Source of the DNA: Paracoccaceae bacterium
GTDB lineage: Bacteria; Pseudomonadota; Alphaproteobacteria; Rhodobacterales; Rhodobacteraceae
Assembly (NCBI GenBank): GCA_030148225.1
Contig: JASBTX010000038.1
Coordinates: forward strand, 152,434-216,433
Direction of reading: 5' to 3'
DNA length: 64,000 bases
Position 1 is the stretch's first letter. Each line of letters starts with the position of its first letter. The notes beneath the pieces are model-generated. The model had not been told where the DNA came from, did no database searches, and saw only the letters and a program-made list of their open reading frames with translations. Both the position numbers and the translations under genes were made by a program. Below, piece after piece: positions 59,498 to 64,000 of the stretch.

Positions 59498-60411
59498 TGC
59501 AGAATGCCGGGCCCGACGCCGCGCTCGACTGGAGTAGCGACGATATCCGGCGGCTCAGAATACACTATGATTCAGAATGCAGGGTCTTTCGTAACGACGC
59601 GCCAAAAGACGTTGAATTCAAAAAGTTTTCGGTGCTTGGCCTTTCGGGAATTCACTTTACGCCGCCCGAGGTGACCTCGGCGGTGCCGATCCTCTATTTT
59701 CACGGCGGTGGCTGGTGCGTGGGGTCGCCCGAAACGCATTTCGCCCTGTGTGCCACGCTCGCCGCTGTCACCTGCCGTGAAGTGTTGTCCGTGCGCTACC
59801 GGCTGACGCCCGAGCATGCCTTTCCGGCGCAGGCGGTTGATGCGGTCACGGCGCTCAATGCCTTTCTTCAGGGGCGGTTGGTGCCCTTTGACCCGCCGCT
59901 CAGGGTAGCGCTTGCCGGGGACAGCGCCGGAGCGGCCATGGCGCTCTGGGCCGAGGCGGGGCTCTCGGCAGATCAATTGCCGATGATCGAACAGATCGTG
60001 GGGTTTTACGGTGCGTTCGGGCTGCGCGACAGCGGCTCGATCCGCCGGAACGATCCCGAACAAAGCGGCATTTCAAAGCGCGACATGCAGGCCTTTTACG
60101 ACCGGCTTGGCCCGGCGCTGCCTGTGGATATGCGCCAGAGCTTTCGCGCAAACGGGGCGCCGGTGACGTTGTTGGCCTGCGAAAATGACCCTTATCGGGA
60201 CGATTCCGCGATGCTGGCCAACTGGTTTACCTCGGAAGGGCGGGATGCCCGGCTCCTGATGGTGCCGGGTGGGCTGCACGGGTTTCTCAAACAGGCCGGA
60301 CGGTCGCGCGACGCGGCGCTTTGGATGAAGCGCGCCTTTGCCGGCAGGCCCAGCTTTTACGCCCGCGCGCGGCCGGCAGCGGCATTGGGCCAGCAGGGCG
60401 AGACGCTCTAG
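59497..60411 (+). CDS. alpha/beta hydrolase (HSL/esterase-lipase type)
   Basis: The start overlaps the dctD-like stop (TGATG). Oxyanion motif FHGGGW and nucleophile elbow GDSAGA. Confidence 0.75.
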   Translation: MQNAGPDAALDWSSDDIRRLRIHYDSECRVFRNDAPKDVEFKKFSVLGLSGIHFTPPEVTSAVPILYFHGGGWCVGSPETHFALCATLAAVTCREVLSVRYRLTPEHAFPAQAVDAVTALNAFLQGRLVPFDPPLRVALAGDSAGAAMALWAEAGLSADQLPMIEQIVGFYGAFGLRDSGSIRRNDPEQSGISKRDMQAFYDRLGPALPVDMRQSFRANGAPVTLLACENDPYRDDSAMLANWFTSEGRDARLLMVPGGLHGFLKQAGRSRDAALWMKRAFAGRPSFYARARPAAALGQQGETL

Positions 60412-60453
60412 CGGTGTATAAAAGATCGGAACAGGTGATCGCGCCCGATCGCG

Positions 60454-61281
60454 TCAGCCGCCCGTCGGCAATGAATCGGGCAGGTGGATGCTGGCCACCT
60501 GTTCGGCAATCGGATCCGCCGAAAGGGGATGGGTATCCGTGCGGAACGCCGCCGCATCCTTCATCGGTGTCCAGGCCCCGCGATAATAGATATCCAGCGC
60601 CGAGAACTTGGACTTGTAATCCATTTTCTCGCTGCCCGGCACCCAATAGCCTAGATAGACATAGGGCAGCCCCGCCTCTTGCGCGATGCGGATATGGTCC
60701 AGAATGACATATGTGCCGAAAGACCGACGCGGCTGGTCGGACTGGTAGAAGGAATAGACCATCGACAAGCCGTCATCGAGCACATCCGTCAGGCAGACCG
60801 CCGCCAGATCGCGCTGACCCTGATCCTCGATCGCATATTCCACCAGACGCGAGCGCACAGGTGTCTCTTCGATCATCGCGGCGAATTCGAAAATATCCAT
60901 ATCCGCCATGCCGCCATCGGCATGTCGCGTATCCAGATAGCTGCGGAACAGGTCATATTGCTCTTCCGTGGCCCAGGGCGACGTGGCGTCGCGCACGATA
61001 TCGCTGTTGCGGTTGAGCACACGGCGCTGACTGCGCGACATTTTGAAATCATCCACCCGGATCCGGGCCGAAAGACAGGCAGCGCATTCCGCACAGGATG
61101 GGCGGTAGAGCACGTTCTGAGATCGGCGAAACCCTTGTTTCGACAGCGAATCATTCAGCTTTCCGGCATGGTCCCCCTGCAGCGCAGTAAAAAGCTTGCG
61201 CTCGGTCCGGCCCTCAAGATATGGGCATGGCTGCGGCGCCGTCACATAGAACTGGGGCGCAATAGGGAGGGTATGGCGCAT
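60454..61281 (-). CDS. bpt: arginyltransferase-family protein (bacterial Bpt, aspartate/glutamate leucyltransferase)
   Basis: [26 protein letters not shown] and YVYLGYWV are hallmarks of ATE/Bpt. Confidence 0.85.
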   Translation of the reverse strand: MRHTLPIAPQFYVTAPQPCPYLEGRTERKLFTALQGDHAGKLNDSLSKQGFRRSQNVLYRPSCAECAACLSARIRVDDFKMSRSQRRVLNRNSDIVRDATSPWATEEQYDLFRSYLDTRHADGGMADMDIFEFAAMIEETPVRSRLVEYAIEDQGQRDLAAVCLTDVLDDGLSMVYSFYQSDQPRRSFGTYVILDHIRIAQEAGLPYVYLGYWVPGSEKMDYKSKFSALDIYYRGAWTPMKDAAAFRTDTHPLSADPIAEQVASIHLPDSLPTGG

Positions 61282-61350
61282 GGGTATTCAGCCGGGGTCA
61301 GATTTTTCCCAGCCTAGCAACTCGGTCGCGAAGCGCAAACAGAGAATGGG

Positions 61351-61863
61351 TTAACGGCTACGATTGATCGCGGCTGTGCCCAAAACGACATCAGTCAGTC
61401 CCTGTTTGCGCACGCTCATTAGCATCATAGCAATCGATACGATCTGGGGAAAGACCATGGCGCTCGAGAGGGCGAAACCGGCCGTGTGCATCACCGCCAT
61501 CAGCGTATCGAAACGCCGTCCACGGTGATCGCGAAATTCGAGCGCAACCAGCGACATGCCCGGCGTGGCCGAATTGCGCGCGATGAACACCACCCGGTAG
61601 AGAAAGAAGATGAGCGGCACGAACAGCATCACAAGACCCAGCGTCAGGGGTATGGTGATCATGACGATCAGGCCGATCAGGATCGTATCGACAATCCATG
61701 CCACCAGCCGCTTTGTCGGTACATCCTGATAGAAATCAGGCTGGCGGTCGGGGTCGGGCAGGCCGGGATAATCGTCGGTTTGGCGCATGGCGTGTTCTAT
61801 CATGTCAGCATGTCCTGCGAAACGGGCCGGCGAACCGGCCCGTTCGGGATGATCAGGCATCAT
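61351..61863 (-). CDS. RDD-family membrane protein
   Basis: KRLVAWIVDTILIGLIV...TPGMSLVALEF..HRG. Start uncertain; I chose the MMPDHP ATG that overlaps the upstream gene end by 11 nt. Confidence 0.6.
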   Translation of the reverse strand: MMPDHPERAGSPARFAGHADMIEHAMRQTDDYPGLPDPDRQPDFYQDVPTKRLVAWIVDTILIGLIVMITIPLTLGLVMLFVPLIFFLYRVVFIARNSATPGMSLVALEFRDHRGRRFDTLMAVMHTAGFALSSAMVFPQIVSIAMMLMSVRKQGLTDVVLGTAAINRSR

Positions 61864-62248
61864 CGTCTGTCTTGTTGGCGGATTTCGCGGCCTTGGCACG
61901 CTCGTCCATAAACTGGTCGAACTCGGATTTGTCCTTGGCATCGCGCAGGCGCTGCAGGAAATCCTCGAATGCGCGCTGCTCGCTTTCGAGCCGGGCCAGC
62001 GTTTCGGATTTATAGCTGTCAAAGGCCGAGTTGCCGGTAGAACGGAACTGGCCGGAACGGCTGCGATGGGCGCGGCCTGCGCCACAGGAATTGAACATGC
62101 GTTTGCTCCAGATCATGTAAAACAGAAGGGCGAGGCCCACAGGCCAGAAGAAGATGAAGCCAAGGACCATGGCCGCAATCCACGCGGGCTTTCCACGTTC
62201 ATCCAGCCAGTTTTCAGCGGTTGATGGCCAGGTTGCGACAGTGCTCAT
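61853..62248 (-). CDS. DUF2852 domain protein
   Basis: 131 aa with an N-terminal TM helix (AWIAAMVLGFIFFWPVGLALLFYMIW) followed by FDSYKSETLARLE.EQ.AFEDFL.RLR.AKDK.EFD.FM. Confidence 0.65.
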   Translation of the reverse strand: MSTVATWPSTAENWLDERGKPAWIAAMVLGFIFFWPVGLALLFYMIWSKRMFNSCGAGRAHRSRSGQFRSTGNSAFDSYKSETLARLESEQRAFEDFLQRLRDAKDKSEFDQFMDERAKAAKSANKTDDDA

Positions 62249-62276
62249 TTCGGGTCTCCGTAGGGTTTGAGGTTAA

Positions 62277-62291
62277 GTGAATGTTATTCAC
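62277..62291. promoter_or_regulatory. perfect inverted repeat GTGAAT-gtt-ATTCAC in an AT-rich leader (candidate operator)
   Basis: Read directly from the sequence. It lies 29 nt upstream of the DUF2852 ATG (62248) within the AT-rich 62249..62392 spacer. Confidence 0.35.
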
Positions 62292-62392
62292 ATTAACATA
62301 GATGGCACCTGTCATGCGTGCCTGCAAGAGGGGAAGCGAAAAAATGTTAATCTGATTTACAATATTCGGTTTATCGTATTGTTATAATGCAA

Positions 62393-62866
62393 TTATATTT
62401 CCGTAAATTCTCCAACGACACCCCCGGTCAACCCGGGCAGAAGGCGCGGATCAATGGCAAAAAGGTGATGCGGCGTGCCGGCGGCCGCATAGACCAGATC
62501 AAAATCCAGCAGCCTTTTGTCGATAAAGCTGGGCGTTGGATGGATATGGCCCACCGGCGACACGCCGCCTATGGCAAACCCCGTACGCGCACGGATCAGC
62601 GCCGCATCCGCCTTGGCCAGCGTTTGACCTGCCAGATTACCCGCCAGCCCCGGATCAACCTGCCTGCCACCTGCCGTGACAAAAAGGACAACCCCGGCCC
62701 CATCATCGGTGGCAAAGATGATCGATTTGGCAATCTGATCGATGCCGCAGCCCACCGCATTCGCCGCAGCCTCTGCGGTTTTTGTCCCCGCCTGCAACTC
62801 CACCACCTCGGCCGCGATATCCGCTGCCGCCAGCGCCGCCCTGACCCGTTTCAGACTTTTGCTCAT
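62393..62866 (-). CDS. YbaK/EbsC-family aminoacyl-tRNA deacylase
   Basis: 157 aa: TKTAEAAANAVGC...IAKSIIF...GGVSPVG. Confidence 0.8.
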   Translation of the reverse strand: MSKSLKRVRAALAAADIAAEVVELQAGTKTAEAAANAVGCGIDQIAKSIIFATDDGAGVVLFVTAGGRQVDPGLAGNLAGQTLAKADAALIRARTGFAIGGVSPVGHIHPTPSFIDKRLLDFDLVYAAAGTPHHLFAIDPRLLPGLTGGVVGEFTEI

Positions 62867-62950
62867 GATCCTTCCTTTTCCGCTGCACTGTCAGTGCTAA
62901 GGCGGCAAAGTGGCGTTGACCATAGGCAGGGGGCGGGTCACTCTGGCGCT

Positions 62951-64000
62951 ATGGAATTTCTGTCACGGATCACCGCGCTGCCGCTGGCATTTGACCCCGA
63001 AATCGGCGCGGATACCGCAAAGCTGTGTCCGGGCCTGACATCCCCGGGGCGCGACCTCTTGGCAGGGGCGGCAGGTTCCAGCCCCTATCTGGCCGGGCTG
63101 ATCCGCAAAGAGGCCAACTGGCTGAGCGACGCGCTGATCCGCCCGCCCGAGGATTGCCTGAGCGAAATCCTGGATGAAGACGCGTCGCCTGATCCAGGGC
63201 GCGCCCTCAGGCAGGCCAAGCGGCGGGTGGCCCTTTTGACGGCTTTGGCCGATCTTGGTGGGGTCTGGTCGCTGGCCGAGGTGACCGGCGCGCTGACGCG
63301 ATTTGCCGATCACGCGCTGGGTGTCGCCGCGCGCCACCATCTGGCGCCCGAGATCGCGCGGGGCCGGTTGCCGGGGCAGGGGGAAGAAGCGCTGGATGAT
63401 CTGGGCGGGCTGGTCTTTTTCGCCATGGGCAAGATGGGCGCGCATGAGCTGAACTATTCCTCGGATATCGACCTCGTCGCGTTTTTCGACGAAAGCCGCT
63501 ACGCGCCGGACATGGTCATGGACGCGCGGCGCGTCTTTGTCCGCGTCACGCGCGCCGCCGCCGCCACGCTGTCGGACCTGACGGGCGAAGGCTATGTCTT
63601 TCGCACCGATCTCAGGCTGCGTCCCGACCCGTCGGTTACGCCCGTCTGCATCGCCATGGACCCGGCAGAGAGCTATTATGAAACTCAGGGGCGTACATGG
63701 GAACGCGCCGCCTGGATCAAGGCGCGTCCTGCCGCCGGAGATTTCGCGGCGGGCGATCGGTTTCTGGAACGACTGCGCCCCTTTGTCTGGCGCAGGCATC
63801 TTGATTTCGCGGCCATCGAGGATGCCCATGACATCCGCCTCAGGATACGCGCGCATAAGGGGCTTTTCCGTCAGATCCGGCTGGAGGACCACAATATCAA
63901 GCTGGGCACCGGCGGCATCCGCGATATCGAGTTCTTTACCCAGACACGCCAGCTGATTTCGGGTGGCCGCGATCCGTCATTGCGCTGCCGGGCGACGCAG
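62951..64000 (+). CDS. glnE: glutamine synthetase adenylyltransferase/adenylyl-removing enzyme (5' part, continues beyond window)
   Basis: Frame open from ATG 62951 to the window end (350 codons; no stop, so absent from the track). My translation includes GKMGAHELNYSSDIDLV..., GYVFRTDLRLRP, and WERAAWIKARP. Confidence 0.85.
   Translation, partial: MEFLSRITALPLAFDPEIGADTAKLCPGLTSPGRDLLAGAAGSSPYLAGLIRKEANWLSDALIRPPEDCLSEILDEDASPDPGRALRQAKRRVALLTALADLGGVWSLAEVTGALTRFADHALGVAARHHLAPEIARGRLPGQGEEALDDLGGLVFFAMGKMGAHELNYSSDIDLVAFFDESRYAPDMVMDARRVFVRVTRAAAATLSDLTGEGYVFRTDLRLRPDPSVTPVCIAMDPAESYYETQGRTWERAAWIKARPAAGDFAAGDRFLERLRPFVWRRHLDFAAIEDAHDIRLRIRAHKGLFRQIRLEDHNIKLGTGGIRDIEFFTQTRQLISGGRDPSLRCRATQ

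Overview
High-GC alphaproteobacterial chromosome segment; the gene content suggests Rhodobacterales (inference: ATP-synthase zeta inhibitor, split MetH modules, DUF1127 peptides). I could call about 70 genes plus one tRNA. No rRNA, CRISPR array, transposase or integrase was seen. Most of the window is housekeeping: pyrC, gcdH, infC, a cysG-cysI-cysH-fpr sulfite-reduction operon, tpiA, Fe-S assembly genes, an amino-acid ABC importer, tgt, lon, tesA/ybbA/ybbP-like genes, ppx, rlmE, purCSQ, a DctB/DctD-like pair, bpt and glnE. The standout region is a ~13 kb locus next to tRNA-Val (about 25.5-38.5 kb). It encodes a cellulose/curdlan-synthase-like GT2 enzyme, two paralogous DUF3131-like proteins, an acyltransferase-3 protein, a secreted coiled-coil protein, an OmpA-like protein and a HlyD adaptor. 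Two fusion proteins in this locus look unusual. One is an NDP-sugar pyrophosphorylase carrying an N-terminal STAS domain. The other is an ABC-exporter-like protein with a degenerate ATPase site and a C-terminal RsbW/SpoIIAB-like pseudo-kinase domain. Together they suggest a partner-switch-like module built into a glucan synthesis/export machine (hypothesis). A second notable pattern concerns the split methionine synthase. Both methyltransferase modules end in RRRRR tails, and the corrinoid module begins with a strongly acidic segment. All homology calls come from reading the translations by eye; no searches were run.
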